Assembly (NCBI GenBank): GCA_965178295.1
Contig: CBCXTT010000002.1
Location: 170,925 to 234,924, forward strand
Length of the DNA: 64,000 nucleotides
Direction of reading: 5' to 3'
DNA from: Alphaproteobacteria bacterium
GTDB taxonomy: Bacteria; Pseudomonadota; Alphaproteobacteria; UBA7879
The translations under genes and the position numbers were made by a program. This document shows, one piece after another, positions 1-10,966 of this stretch; positions within the stretch are counted from its first letter, which is position 1; every line of letters begins with the position of its first letter. The notes under the pieces were generated by a model. The model had not been told where the DNA came from and did no database searches. It saw only the letters and a list, made by a program, of their open reading frames with translations.

Positions 1-1147
1 TTGAATAACGCACACTCACATTGAGTCGTTTCATGAGTTGCGTAACATCTTTGTGATACAGGGGAATAAAACGACTAATGTCTACACTAGAGAAGCGCTT
101 CATCATGACCAGAAGGTGTAACTTTTTACCCCGAATCAAAGATGTCAAGCAGCGTGTGAGTCGTGTGTCCATATCGTCGACTTTATACATATGTTCATCC
201 AAAAAGCGCTTAGAGCTAATAATGGGACGCGTGTGCGCTTCTAGAAAACGTGCTTTCTCTTGAACGAGCCTCTGCATGCTATGGAACGATCGTTCCTCTA
301 AATGGATCACACGATCCCATAGATCACAACGCACCGGCACCGCCATTTCTGCTGCAGCTGTTGGTGTTGGGGCCCTCTTGTCTGCGACATAATCACTCAA
401 CGTTATATCAGTTTCATGCCCCACAGCAGAAATGACGGGGATCGAGCACGCCGCAACAGCACGGACCAATCCCTCATCATTAAAAGCCCACAAATCCTCA
501 ACACTACCACCTCCACGCGCGATAATAAGAACATCTGGCCTGCATGAATCAGGAAGACATGCTACTTCCTGCAAAGCAGAAATTATTTCCGCCGCCGCCT
601 TATCGCCCTGTACATGGACAGGCCATAAAAAAATGTGGGATGGAAACCTATCCTCAATACGGTGTAGAATATCTTGAATCACAGCACCTGTCTCAGATGT
701 AATAATGCCTATTTTTTTTGGTAAATACGGCAAGGGTTGTTTGCTCGATTCCTCAAATAAGCCTTCTTTCTCAAGGCGTTCTTTACGTTCCTGCAAAACT
801 TTTAAAAGAGCGCCTACACCTGCCGGCTCCAAGCGCTCTATGACAAATTGATACTTAGAACGTGCAGGATATGTGGTAATGCGACCTTGGCAAATCACCT
901 CCAGCCCTTCCTCTGGTTGGTGTTTGAGAGAGCCTGCAACACCACGCCAACAAACCGCATCTAGAGCTGCTGTCTCATCCTTAAGAGACATGTAGAGATG
1001 TCCCGATGTGTGGCGCTTAAAGCCCGATATTTCTCCCTTAAGACGAATATTAGAGAAATTATTCTGCACTACACTCTGAATAGCGCGCGAGATCTGATGC
1101 ACCGTCATTGTGGGTATAGTACGCTGTGAAACATTCGATTCGGACAT
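1..1147 (-). CDS. xseA: exodeoxyribonuclease VII large subunit, partial (C-terminus runs off window start)
   Basis: Reverse-strand translation from ATG at 1145-1147 gives MSESNVSQRTIPTMTVHQISRAIQSVVQNNF...GHLYMSLKDETAALDAVCW...IARGGGSVEDLWAFNDE...VISAVGHETDITLSDYVADKRAPTPTAAAE with no stop before position 1. This is the typical XseA OB-fold plus catalytic region. It is absent from the ORF track because it is truncated by the window edge. Confidence 0.85.
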   Translation of the reverse strand, partial: MSESNVSQRTIPTMTVHQISRAIQSVVQNNFSNIRLKGEISGFKRHTSGHLYMSLKDETAALDAVCWRGVAGSLKHQPEEGLEVICQGRITTYPARSKYQFVIERLEPAGVGALLKVLQERKERLEKEGLFEESSKQPLPYLPKKIGIITSETGAVIQDILHRIEDRFPSHIFLWPVHVQGDKAAAEIISALQEVACLPDSCRPDVLIIARGGGSVEDLWAFNDEGLVRAVAACSIPVISAVGHETDITLSDYVADKRAPTPTAAAEMAVPVRCDLWDRVIHLEERSFHSMQRLVQEKARFLEAHTRPIISSKRFLDEHMYKVDDMDTRLTRCLTSLIRGKKLHLLVMMKRFSSVDISRFIPLYHKDVTQLMKRLNVSVRYS

Positions 1148-1189
1148 AGGCTTTAATGTACCAGAAAATAGATGCAATTTATAGGTATC

Positions 1190-1215
1190 TTGACAAAAAG
1201 ATGAGAGTATATAAT
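1190..1215 (+). promoter_or_regulatory. putative sigma70-like promoter (TTGACA ... TATAAT) in xseA/MFS divergent intergenic region
   Basis: TTGACA at 1190-1195 and TATAAT at 1210-1215. The spacer is 14 nt (short); an alternative -10 TAATGA gives a 16-nt spacer. The element is about 100 nt upstream of the 1318 start codon. Confidence 0.3.
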
Positions 1216-1317
1216 GATTCCAACCTATAAATGAAGAGAATCTAAGCAGGCTAAGCATTCTATTTTGCATGCAGAAACCTCTTTTAACACGCTCTAGATT
1301 GCACAAGAGGAAAGAGT

Positions 1318-2568
1318 TTGGCAATGAAAAAACGATTGCTCTTATCATCTCTGATAGGCAACCTGATCGAATATTATGACTACGCCTTATATGGTTTTCT
1401 CACAACCAGTATTGCCATGCGATTCTTTCCAAAAAACACAGGGAAGATCGCACTACTTGAAACTTTTGGAATCTATGCTTTAGGATCTATCTCAAAACCT
1501 CTGGGCGCTTTCTTCTTTGGGCACATGAGTGACCACTATGGACGCTCCCAAGCCCTTAAGATCAATATGCTTGGCATTGCGGCTCCCACTGCCATAATCG
1601 GTCTGCTGCCGGGCTATGATACTTGGGGATACTTTGCAGTTTTTGGCCTCATTGTTTGTCGTTTTTCTCAAGGATTTTTTCTAGGTGGAGAAGTGGATAT
1701 CAATCGTGTATATATTTTTGAGCACATACGCGGACAATTTCCCTGCTTAGCCAACAGCTTTAGTGGATCTTCCAGTTATGTAGGCATTTTTCTTGCCTCA
1801 AGTGCGTCCACTTATATATTAAAAGATGGCATGCCTGACGACGCCTGGCGTTGGCTGTTTTTAGCGTCCGGAGGGCTTGCGCTTATTCTCTTCGCCACGC
1901 GTCAGTTCTTACCAGAGACACCTGATTTTCTTGCAGCAAAAGAAAGGGGGATTCCTTTGAAAGATATATTAAAAAATTTAAAAAAACCTATATTTTCAGC
2001 CATATTGATATGCGGGGCAGTTGGCGGGTGCTATCATTTTTTTATGATTTTTTCTGTCCCTTTTATCAGTAATATTTTAGGGATAATGTCAATCGAACAT
2101 GCAACAGCCCTCATACCAAATAGTTTGCTATTATTTGTCTTATTATCCCCACTCGTAGGGCTCCTTGCAGATAAAATTGGCCCCACTCGTGTGCAAATAT
2201 ATGGTGTCTATATGATGTTTGCTACACTCACCCTCTTTGGACTCTCACTTGAATTGCGAATCATCACCCCCTATATCTTTTTTCTTATCAGTCTCTCTTT
2301 AGCGCTCTTTTCTACACCAGGGTATCTTATACTACTGGATGCTTTTCCCACAGCGTGCCGATGTAGGGCGCTTGGCCTAGGACATACAATCGGATCTATG
2401 CTCTTTTCAGGCGTCACGCCAATGATCACAACATACTTATATCAGGTAAGTAACAACATTTACCCTCCCCTCATATGGGTTGGAATTTTAATATCAGGTG
2501 TAATTTTTGCGTTAAGGATATTGCCTACACAGATGCATACACTTAGCTCCGGCCATATTCTTTCATAA
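1318..2568 (+). CDS. MFS transporter, ProP-like proline/betaine (metabolite:H+ symporter) family
   Basis: 416 aa with multiple TM segments. N-terminal LIGNLIEYYDYALYGF motif is characteristic of ProP-type MFS permeases. Confidence 0.85.
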   Translation: MAMKKRLLLSSLIGNLIEYYDYALYGFLTTSIAMRFFPKNTGKIALLETFGIYALGSISKPLGAFFFGHMSDHYGRSQALKINMLGIAAPTAIIGLLPGYDTWGYFAVFGLIVCRFSQGFFLGGEVDINRVYIFEHIRGQFPCLANSFSGSSSYVGIFLASSASTYILKDGMPDDAWRWLFLASGGLALILFATRQFLPETPDFLAAKERGIPLKDILKNLKKPIFSAILICGAVGGCYHFFMIFSVPFISNILGIMSIEHATALIPNSLLLFVLLSPLVGLLADKIGPTRVQIYGVYMMFATLTLFGLSLELRIITPYIFFLISLSLALFSTPGYLILLDAFPTACRCRALGLGHTIGSMLFSGVTPMITTYLYQVSNNIYPPLIWVGILISGVIFALRILPTQMHTLSSGHILS

Positions 2569-3016
2569 CACGCGCCTTATCTCGCCCCCATTCGCGCTCT
2601 TTGATCATTGCTCGCTTATCGATTTGTCGTTTACCTGTCGCGATACCTAATTCTATTTTAACACGACCACGCGCATTAAAGTACAGGCACATAGGAACAA
2701 GAGTAACGCCTTTTCTCTGCACAGCGCCTAACAGCTTGTGCATTTCATGTTTATGCATTAACAGACTTCTTGGGCGACGCTCCTCATGATTAAAATGTTT
2801 TGCAGAGCTACACTCATCAATATAGGCATTCACAAGACAGATTGAACCACCTTCATCCGATGCATATGCGTCATTAATGTGTGCGCGTCCTTGACGTAAT
2901 GATTTAACCTCTGACCCTTGAAGCACTAACCCAACTTCCAGGATTTCTTTAATTGTATAGTCAAATCGTGCTCGGCGATTTTGTGCAATAATTTTTCGTT
3001 CCATAACACTTGTCAC
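2543..3016 (-). CDS. smpB: SsrA-binding protein SmpB
   Basis: 157 aa; KIIAQNRRARFDYTIKEILEVGLVLQGSEVKSLRQGRAHINDAYA is the SmpB signature. Likely true start at MERK (about 3004). Confidence 0.9.
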   Translation of the reverse strand: MTSVMERKIIAQNRRARFDYTIKEILEVGLVLQGSEVKSLRQGRAHINDAYASDEGGSICLVNAYIDECSSAKHFNHEERRPRSLLMHKHEMHKLLGAVQRKGVTLVPMCLYFNARGRVKIELGIATGKRQIDKRAMIKEREWGRDKARVMKEYGRS

Positions 3017-3734
3017 TAATACGCTCCTAACTGCCAGAGGTCAATCTCTGCAGAGAAAAAATGTAAAAACACATAAAAATTTTACTTGAAAATGCAATGA
3101 TTAACATCATATATAGCGCTTGTCATCGCATATGAAGAACAAATTTATTTTTGTGTATTGTTTCTGATATATAGCCTTCCTACTTGTGCATAAGTAGTGG
3201 CAGTGTCATATGAAAATGAAGACAAGACTGTATGCAACCAGTGTCCCTGCGCTCTATAAAGTTCGACTCTAAGAAAATAAGCTCGCACAGAGGACGGGCC
3301 CACGGGAGCACACAGTACGATAGCAACGAGGAATTGGCATTCAAATCCCCCCAGCGCATGATATCACTCCGCTCCTATAGAACAAACACAGAGCCCATTC
3401 ACCAATTCCCGCATTCCCAGCGAATGCTCTGAATAGCATTGCTAATCTGGGGTTGGTAAAACATTCCGTATTCTACGAAAAATGAGTGAGCACACTATCC
3501 TGGTATAGATTACCTATGTCACTAAACCTAATGCACTCCTAGCAACGATTGAAAACGCCACAGAAATGGGTCATACCCCTCTTTTCAACATATATCAAAG
3601 GCACATATTTACATTTGAGACTTTTGAATCTGTGTTTGTGACTCAATATGTAGATAAAATTTTGGCACCAGAAAATTTTCTGATCACTACTGATTGCATG
3701 GGGGTTTAATTTTCCCTGTGAGGTAGGAACCGCA

Positions 3735-3759
3735 ATGTATAGTATATAATACTATACAT
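3735..3759. repeat. perfect 11-bp inverted repeat with 3-bp spacer (ATGTATAGTAT-ata-ATACTATACAT)
   Basis: Read directly from the sequence. It lies in the 1.1-kb AT-rich intergenic region between the lpdA stop and the smpB start. Confidence 0.6.
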
Positions 3760-4157
3760 GCAATGCTAGTCCAGTCCAGAAAAGTCTGAGAGCTCAGGAT
3801 TGTCTTACGTCTTGGAACCGCTTTCTGTCTCCTTTTTCCAACTTTAAGCGGGTTTCTTATATTGTAAGTGCCAGAGATTTCCTAAGATTTTATCAATTTT
3901 CTGCTTGTATCAACACGGCGTCCGCCAAACATCTTCTAAGCAGGGTGGTCCGTCTTTTGTGTTGTGCCCTGAGAATACCTGTTAATGGATCACCACAATA
4001 CAATGCAGCCCATACGAAGAAGTGCATATGTTGTTTGATTCTGTTCGGCTGCATCTCTGATTGCGCTTCTGCTCATCTAAAAACATAGCTAAAAATATAA
4101 AGCTTATGCTGCGTGTTCGACATGACGACTGGTGCTCTTCTTTATCAATAGCTATTT

Positions 4158-5572
4158 TTAAAAATGAATCGGTTGCGAAAAAGCGCCCAACGCTGCTTCT
4201 TTTAATGCCTCATTTGTTGTTGGATGTGGATGGCAGGTGCGTACAATATCTTCACTAGACGCTTCATATTCCGTGCCCAAAACAAATTCTGTAATAAGGG
4301 TTCCAGCGTTCGCACCAACAATATGTGCGCCCAAGATCCTATTTGTCTTTGCATGGGTCAAAATTTTAACAAAACCTTCCGTTAATCCGGTTGTTTTTGC
4401 ACGCGTATTTGCTCTGAACGGAAATTTCCCTACAATATAGGGTACATTTTCTTTCATCAGCCCTTGCTCTGTTTTCCCAACTGTTGCCACTTCAGGCATG
4501 GTATAAATCACACTAGGAATTGCCGCATAATTTACATGAGGGTTCTGCCCTGCCAAGTGCTCCATTAACGCAACGCCCTCTGCTTCTGCTCTATGTGCCA
4601 GCATAGGCCCAGGCACAACATCACCAATCGCATAAATCCCCATCATACTTGTGGTGTAATGTTCACCTACTTCAATACAGCCACGTGCGTTACATTTGAC
4701 ACCAACATTTTCAAGTCCAAAACCCTCTTTATACGGGCATCTCCCCGAAGCAACCAACGCAACATCAACATCTAGTGTGTCAGTTGACTGTCCATCTTTT
4801 GCATCCGCCAAGGATAATGAGACCCCTGTCTGATTCACCGTAGCCCCTATCACTTGTGTCCCCAGAACAAATGTCATCCCCTGAGTTTCCAAACTCTTTT
4901 TCAAAGAAACGCATACTTCTTGGTCCATCATAGACACAATCGTTTCATCAAATTCAATAATCGTTACATCTGCACCCAAACGCTGCCATACAGAACCTAA
5001 CTCTAGACCAATATACCCGCCACCAATGACAGCCATTTTTTGAGGAACTTCAGGTAACGATAAAGCCCCCGTCGACGACACTATACGCTTTTCATCAACG
5101 GCAACATCGGGAATACCAGCATTTTCAGCCCCCGTTGCAATCACAATGTTTCTCGATTCAATCGTATATTTTTTTCACCATGTCTCACAGTGATTTGATT
5201 AGGTGCCACAATTTCTGCATGACCCTGCATAAGGTGTACGTTATTTTTCTTCAATAAAAAGGAAATCCCCTGTGTCAGCTCCTCTACAACCTGATCTTTA
5301 AGGGCCAGCATTTTCTTGAGATCAAGGGATACATTGCTTACAACCACACCAAATTTATCTAGATAATGGGCTTCTACATATTTTTCTGAAGCATTCAATA
5401 GGACCTTTGATGGAATACATCCTATATTTAAGCACGTCCCCCCCAGTGTTGGGCGCTTATCAACACAGGCTACCTTAAAACCAAGTTGAGCACCTTTAAT
5501 GGCTGCCGCATAACCACCGGGTCCACCGCCTATTACAACAATATCAAATTTTTCCATAGTGCAGTCCCTCAT
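4158..5572 (-). CDS. lpdA: dihydrolipoyl dehydrogenase (E3), reading frame interrupted by a single frameshift in a poly-A tract
   Basis: Two overlapping ORFs. 5141..5572 is the N-terminal FAD-binding part (DIVVIGGGPGGYAAAIKGAQLG...GGTCLNIGCIPSK). 4158..5144 is the remainder (NAD-binding and dimerisation domains). They join within GTGAAAAAAATATAC, where the coding strand has a 7-nt A run. One extra A restores ...VRHGEKKYTIESRNIVIATGAEN... Confidence 0.85.
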
Positions 5573-5573
5573 A

Positions 5574-6740
5574 TTAAATGTTAAGCAAGATCCGTGACGG
5601 ATTTTCTATCAATTCTTTAACACGCACCAGAAATGTCACGGCTTCCTTTCCGTCAATCACACGGTGATCATAGGTTAGAGCCAAATACATCATCGGTCGA
5701 ATCTCTATACTTTCTCCGACAACACATGGGCGTTTATCAATTTTATGCAGTCCAAGAATACCAGATTGGGGGGGGTTCAATATAGGAGTGGACATAAGAG
5801 AGCCATATACACCCCCATTGGAAATGGTAAATGTACCGCCGCTCATATCGTCAACGGTTAAGTTCCCATTTCGGGTTTTTGTAGCCATCTCTATAAGCGT
5901 GCGTTCAATATCTGAAAAGTCCATTTTATCCGCAGCACGTACCACAGGAACCACCAGCCCCTGATCCGTCCCAACAGCAATGCAAATATTATAATAATTC
6001 TTGTAGACAATATCCTCACCATCAATTGCGGCATTAACGGACGGCACTTCACGTAACGCTTGAATAGCGGCTTTCGTGAAAAAAGACATGAATCCTAATT
6101 TCACCCCATATCGTTTTTTAAATCCATCTTTGTACTGCGACCGCATTTCCACCACTGCACTCATGTCCACTTCATTAAACGTCGTCAACATAGCTGCAGT
6201 ATTTTGAGAGTCCTTTAGGCGCTGTGCAATACGTTTTCGTAATCTTGTCATCCGTACACGCTCTTCGCGAGGTGCGGCATTAGAAGTGGAGCGCATTCCA
6301 AACAATACATCGTCTTTAGTGATCCGGCCATCTTTACCGGTTCCACAAAGAGTGTGTGTATCAAGCCCCGTTTCATCTGAAAGCTTTTTTTCTGCCGGGG
6401 ACAAAATAGGACCATCCTCTATACAAGGTGTCGTCGCCCGCGGGATGGGCGTTGACGACACAAGCGTCGAAGTTGGATCAGCAGATAATGGAACAGCGAT
6501 ATCTTGTACAGTAGTATCTAGCACACCTAAAGAGGTACCTACTTTAACAGCATCGCCCGCCCTCACATATATTTTTGTGATTTTGCCCGCAGATGGAGCA
6601 TATACTTCAATGGTAATTTTCTCTGTTTCAAGTTCTACCAAAGGCGTATCAACCGCTACAACATCACCTTCTTTTTGAAGCCATTGCGCAACCGTTGCTT
6701 CGCTAACAGACTCCCCTAATGTTGGTACTTTGATCTCCAT
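5574..6740 (-). CDS. sucB: dihydrolipoyllysine-residue succinyltransferase (2-oxoglutarate dehydrogenase E2)
   Basis: 388 aa. N-terminal lipoyl domain ([20 protein letters not shown]...), Pro/Ala-rich linker, C-terminal catalytic domain ending ...[14 protein letters not shown]. Confidence 0.9.
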   Translation of the reverse strand: MEIKVPTLGESVSEATVAQWLQKEGDVVAVDTPLVELETEKITIEVYAPSAGKITKIYVRAGDAVKVGTSLGVLDTTVQDIAVPLSADPTSTLVSSTPIPRATTPCIEDGPILSPAEKKLSDETGLDTHTLCGTGKDGRITKDDVLFGMRSTSNAAPREERVRMTRLRKRIAQRLKDSQNTAAMLTTFNEVDMSAVVEMRSQYKDGFKKRYGVKLGFMSFFTKAAIQALREVPSVNAAIDGEDIVYKNYYNICIAVGTDQGLVVPVVRAADKMDFSDIERTLIEMATKTRNGNLTVDDMSGGTFTISNGGVYGSLMSTPILNPPQSGILGLHKIDKRPCVVGESIEIRPMMYLALTYDHRVIDGKEAVTFLVRVKELIENPSRILLNI

Positions 6741-6754
6741 TATTTCTTTCCCTT

Positions 6755-9601
6755 CTACATTGTCGCAATAGTATCTAAAGAAAGCGCCTTATCAACAAGC
6801 GCCTTTTGCTCTTGTGCATGCAATTGCGCAAAACCTGTAGCTGGAGAGGCGGCTTCACTCCGACCAACGTACACTGGACGCTTGCTCTCAAATCCTGCAT
6901 CCTGCATCACCTTCTCTAAGCGACTATTGATAAAAAACCATGCGCCCATATTTTCGGGCTCCTCCTGACACCAAATCATATTTTTTGCGTTTTTATATGT
7001 CTTGAGAATCTCCACCAACTGATCGTGGGGAAATGGGTATAGCTGCTCCAGACGAGCCAGGGCTGTATCATATTGCTGAGCGTCGTTACGTGCTGACAAA
7101 AGATCATAGAAAACCTTACCTGTGGATAGTATAACACGTGCTACTCGCTCGGACTTTACATGTACATCATCTTCCCTAATGACAGCCTTAAAGGCACTGC
7201 CTTGCGCCATCTCCTTTAAGGACGATACAGCGAACTTATGCCTTAATAAAGATTTTGGTGTAAAAACAATGAGAGGCTTTCTAAAGGAGCGTAGAATCTG
7301 ACGACGCAGCACATGAAAATAGTTAGCGGGCGTTGTACAATTTACAATTTGCATATTATTTTTTGCACAAAGCTGCAAAAAACGTTCTGGACGCGCAGAT
7401 GAGTGCTCTGGTCCTTGGCCTTCGAATCCATGTGGCAACAACACAACAAGGCCAGACATGCGCAACCATTTATCTTCCGCGGAAGAGAGAAACTGATCAA
7501 AAATCACCTGTGCACCATTAGAAAAATCACCAAATTGTGCTTCCCATAAAACGAGTGATTTTGGATCTGTCAAACTATATCCATACTCAAAGCCCAAAAC
7601 AGAAAATTCTGCTAGTGGGCTATTGATAATCTCAATTTTTTCTTGTCCTGCTTCCAAATGATTCAGAGGTGTAAAGGAGCGTTCGCTGATCTGATCCGTA
7701 AAAACAGCATGACGTTGTGAAAATGTACCTCGTTGACAGTCTTGTCCCGTATGTCGAATGGATATGCCACCAACCAACAATGTTGCATAAGCCAGGGATT
7801 CAGCGGTTGCCCAATCAATATTTTCGCCCGTCTCGATTGCAGTTCTTCGAGCAGATAAAAAACGGTCTAATCGCTTGTGCATATGAAAATCATCTGGCGC
7901 ATTTTCCACAAGTCGCAGACCTAATTCTTTAAGTCGCGCAACAGATAAATTGCTTTTCGGATTTTCATCTGGACTTGCTGCTTTCAGGCCTTTCCAATGC
8001 CCTTCAAGCCAATCTTCCTGCATCATTCGCTCTTTTACAGCAGCCTCAAAATCTTCCAACAGTGCAGCATTGTGCGCTGCTTTCATCCCTTGAAACCGAG
8101 CCTCTGTCATAATCCCTTGCTGAATAAGTTTTTGGGCATAATGTTGCATCGGTGTCAACATGCTCTCAATTTCCTTATACATCTTAGGCTGCGTAAAAGA
8201 AGGATCGTCTCCTTCATTATGACCATTGCGTCGATACCCAATAATATCAATGACTACATCTTTGTTGAAAGTGTGTCGAAATCTTGCCGCTAACCGGCTA
8301 ACAAATAAAATGCTATCCATGTCATGTGCGTTTACATGAAAAATGGGGGCTTGAACAATTTTTGCAACATCAGAACAATACGGTGATGATCTAGAAAAAA
8401 TAGGATTTGTAGTAAATCCAATTTGGTTGTTCGTCACAATATGCAGCGTTCCACCGGTACAATAACCATCAAGCTCAGACAAGCAAAAACATTCTGGCAC
8501 AATTCCTTGTCCAATAAACGCAGCATCGCCATGCACCAAGACACCCATTACTTTCTTGCGCGCCTTATCATTTATCAGATCTTGTTTTGCGCGCACTTTC
8601 CCTAAGGCCACAGGATCAACGGCCTCAAGATGTGATGGGTTTGGCATAAGGGACAAGTGCATTTTGTGTCCTTCAATCACCCTGTCTGATGAGTACCCTA
8701 AATGGTATTTTACATCACCCGTAGCAATATCAGTCAAAGGAAGCACAGTGCCCTGAAATTCAGAAAATATTAGCTCTGCCGGCTTTCCCATGATATTTTT
8801 CAGTACATTTAAGCGACCACGGTGTGCCATGCCCATTATAGCTTCTTGCACACCTAACTGTATTGAAACCCTAAGGGCTTCCTGCAAACATGGAATGAAG
8901 GCTTCCAGGCCATCTAGTCCAAATTTTTTTGCGCCTGTGTACTTTGTGTGTAAAAACGCTTCAAAGGTCTCCGCATACATCAGTTGACGTAATGCGTCTA
9001 AGCGCTCCTCATTTGTAACATTTTTCTCTGCACAAGGACTTTCAACGTGCTGTTGAATCCATGCCTTATGCTCAGGGTCTTGACAATGCATAAATTCAAC
9101 AGCAACGTGATGACAATAAGTCTGACGTAACACCTCCAAAATTTTCTTCAATGTCGCATTCTTAAAGCCCAGCACTCCATCTAAGAAAATAGGACGATCT
9201 AAATCTTCTTCCGAAAACCCATACGTAGATGGATCAAGTTCTGGGTGATTAACCCGTGTATCTAGATTCAAGGGATCCAAATCGGCCTCTAAATGCCCAC
9301 GCACACGATATGCCCGAATGAGCATTAAAACACGCACCGCATCTTTGACGTGTAAAGCCGAATCAGAGGTTATTTCCAAGCCCTCACATACACCATCAGC
9401 GCTGGGCTCATCTAACGCCCAGCTTGCCCGATCATTTTCGCGAAGCACATCTTGAAGATCGTCCGGGTATAATGCAAAAAAAGCACTCCATGAAGTATCC
9501 ACACTGTTGGGGTCTTCCAAATACTTCGCATGTAGGGATTGCAAGATACGTGCATTTGCGCCATATAACAGAGAGGCTTCATCTAATTCATTGTACGTCA
9601 T
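6755..9601 (-). CDS. sucA: 2-oxoglutarate dehydrogenase E1 component
   Basis: 948 aa with a TPP-dependent E1 architecture. It sits immediately upstream of sucB and lpdA in the canonical order. Confidence 0.95.
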   Translation of the reverse strand: MTYNELDEASLLYGANARILQSLHAKYLEDPNSVDTSWSAFFALYPDDLQDVLRENDRASWALDEPSADGVCEGLEITSDSALHVKDAVRVLMLIRAYRVRGHLEADLDPLNLDTRVNHPELDPSTYGFSEEDLDRPIFLDGVLGFKNATLKKILEVLRQTYCHHVAVEFMHCQDPEHKAWIQQHVESPCAEKNVTNEERLDALRQLMYAETFEAFLHTKYTGAKKFGLDGLEAFIPCLQEALRVSIQLGVQEAIMGMAHRGRLNVLKNIMGKPAELIFSEFQGTVLPLTDIATGDVKYHLGYSSDRVIEGHKMHLSLMPNPSHLEAVDPVALGKVRAKQDLINDKARKKVMGVLVHGDAAFIGQGIVPECFCLSELDGYCTGGTLHIVTNNQIGFTTNPIFSRSSPYCSDVAKIVQAPIFHVNAHDMDSILFVSRLAARFRHTFNKDVVIDIIGYRRNGHNEGDDPSFTQPKMYKEIESMLTPMQHYAQKLIQQGIMTEARFQGMKAAHNAALLEDFEAAVKERMMQEDWLEGHWKGLKAASPDENPKSNLSVARLKELGLRLVENAPDDFHMHKRLDRFLSARRTAIETGENIDWATAESLAYATLLVGGISIRHTGQDCQRGTFSQRHAVFTDQISERSFTPLNHLEAGQEKIEIINSPLAEFSVLGFEYGYSLTDPKSLVLWEAQFGDFSNGAQVIFDQFLSSAEDKWLRMSGLVVLLPHGFEGQGPEHSSARPERFLQLCAKNNMQIVNCTTPANYFHVLRRQILRSFRKPLIVFTPKSLLRHKFAVSSLKEMAQGSAFKAVIREDDVHVKSERVARVILSTGKVFYDLLSARNDAQQYDTALARLEQLYPFPHDQLVEILKTYKNAKNMIWCQEEPENMGAWFFINSRLEKVMQDAGFESKRPVYVGRSEAASPATGFAQLHAQEQKALVDKALSLDTIATM

Positions 9602-9686
9602 TGGATGCGACCCTTAGGGTAATTTTATTGCACTTCTACTGTAGCAAACAACTGAAGAAAAAGAACGCCCTTTGTTGGCCGAGTGT

Positions 9687-10961
9687 TTAAGGAGATGCAC
9701 CCGCCCCGTGATTAGCTAACCCGTAACGGCTTATACGCTTGATCATGAACACACCCGGCAATGAAACAAAAAACGCTATGAGAAAAAAAATGGGCCACTT
9801 ATGATCAAGGGCATCCACAACCCAACCACTGCATCCTGCAATAATAGTTGCTAAAGACCACAATGAGGTTAAAAGTGCATACTGTGTTGCTGTATACATA
9901 AGATTTGCTTGCCGGGATAGGTACACCAAAAATACAGCTGTCGTCAGCCCGCTGGTTATATTTTCAAGAAAAATAACAATATACAAAAAATTAATTTGAT
10001 ATCCTAACGTTGCTTGCCACACAAACGTTAAGTGCGACAATGCATGAAATAATCCACAAAAATACAAGGCTTGAAAGAGAGAAAAGCGCACAACTAATGC
10101 CCCGCCAAGCAGTCCTCCAACCAGTGTAGGTGCCATACCAAAGATTTTTGTCACATGGGCAATTTCTGACTTACTGAATCCTACTTCCAGGTAAAAAATA
10201 TTTACCATATTGTGAATCATCGCATCGCCCAAACGAAATACAACAACAAATACAGCAATCCAGGCCCATCCATTCCTTGTTAAGAAATCTTGAAGAGGTG
10301 GCCAAACATATCCCTTAAGAAAATTCTGTTCCAGTGCTACAGGAGTGTTAGGCTCCGGGTTCATAAGCGCTGCTACTACTCCCATTACCACAAGCGCTGC
10401 CATCCACATATATGATACTGCCCAGCCATATGATTCTGCCAAATAAAGCGCTCCTGCAGTTGCTGTGACCGACCCAAACCTATAGCCCGAAATCAACATA
10501 CCAATACCAGGTCCTGCCTGCTCTTTGGATAGTATCTCAATGCGATATGCATCAACCACGATATCTTGTATGCCCGAAAAAAAGGTCAGTAAAAATGTTA
10601 AGAAGATAATGTATCCCAATTGATGAGCAGGATTGCTCCAACTAATCAATAAAAGAAGTATCATTAAGGCCAAGTGAGCTGTCACGAGCCAGCTACGACG
10701 GTGTCCAAACCAATGACCTAGTATAGGAATTTTGATATATCCTACAAGTGGCGCCCATAAAAACTTTAAGACATATGGCAAACTCACCCAGGCGAAAAAG
10801 CCAATAGATGTGTTTGAAACACCTACTTCCTTAAGCCACACCTGTAGCGTCGGCACAGCAAGAAAATACATCATGCCGTAGGGCACACCCAACACCGCCA
10901 TACTGAAAACACGTGGCGAGAAGTACGTCTTAATGTATTGCAAGGTTTCCCCCCCAATCAT
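9687..10961 (-). CDS. ampG: muropeptide permease AmpG (MFS)
   Basis: 424 aa, about 12 TM segments, AmpG-like sequence (…IGFFAWVSLPYVLKFLWAPLVG…). Confidence 0.8.
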   Translation of the reverse strand: MIGGETLQYIKTYFSPRVFSMAVLGVPYGMMYFLAVPTLQVWLKEVGVSNTSIGFFAWVSLPYVLKFLWAPLVGYIKIPILGHWFGHRRSWLVTAHLALMILLLLISWSNPAHQLGYIIFLTFLLTFFSGIQDIVVDAYRIEILSKEQAGPGIGMLISGYRFGSVTATAGALYLAESYGWAVSYMWMAALVVMGVVAALMNPEPNTPVALEQNFLKGYVWPPLQDFLTRNGWAWIAVFVVVFRLGDAMIHNMVNIFYLEVGFSKSEIAHVTKIFGMAPTLVGGLLGGALVVRFSLFQALYFCGLFHALSHLTFVWQATLGYQINFLYIVIFLENITSGLTTAVFLVYLSRQANLMYTATQYALLTSLWSLATIIAGCSGWVVDALDHKWPIFFLIAFFVSLPGVFMIKRISRYGLANHGAGASP

Positions 10962-10966
10962 TCTGC

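Noticed and set aside
78-677. Three 60-80 aa + strand ORFs at the window start
   Set aside because: They lie antisense within the continuous xseA reading frame (1..1147, - strand) and have no recognisable domains.
3017-4157. tmRNA (ssrA) next to smpB
   Set aside because: By eye I found no T-arm plus ACCA module or ANDN-type tag ORF on either strand. It is not annotated, but retained as a computational check in the findings.
6286-6678. 130-aa + strand ORF
   Set aside because: Antisense to the sucB linker region. Its Ser/Pro/Val-rich low complexity mirrors the E2 linker.
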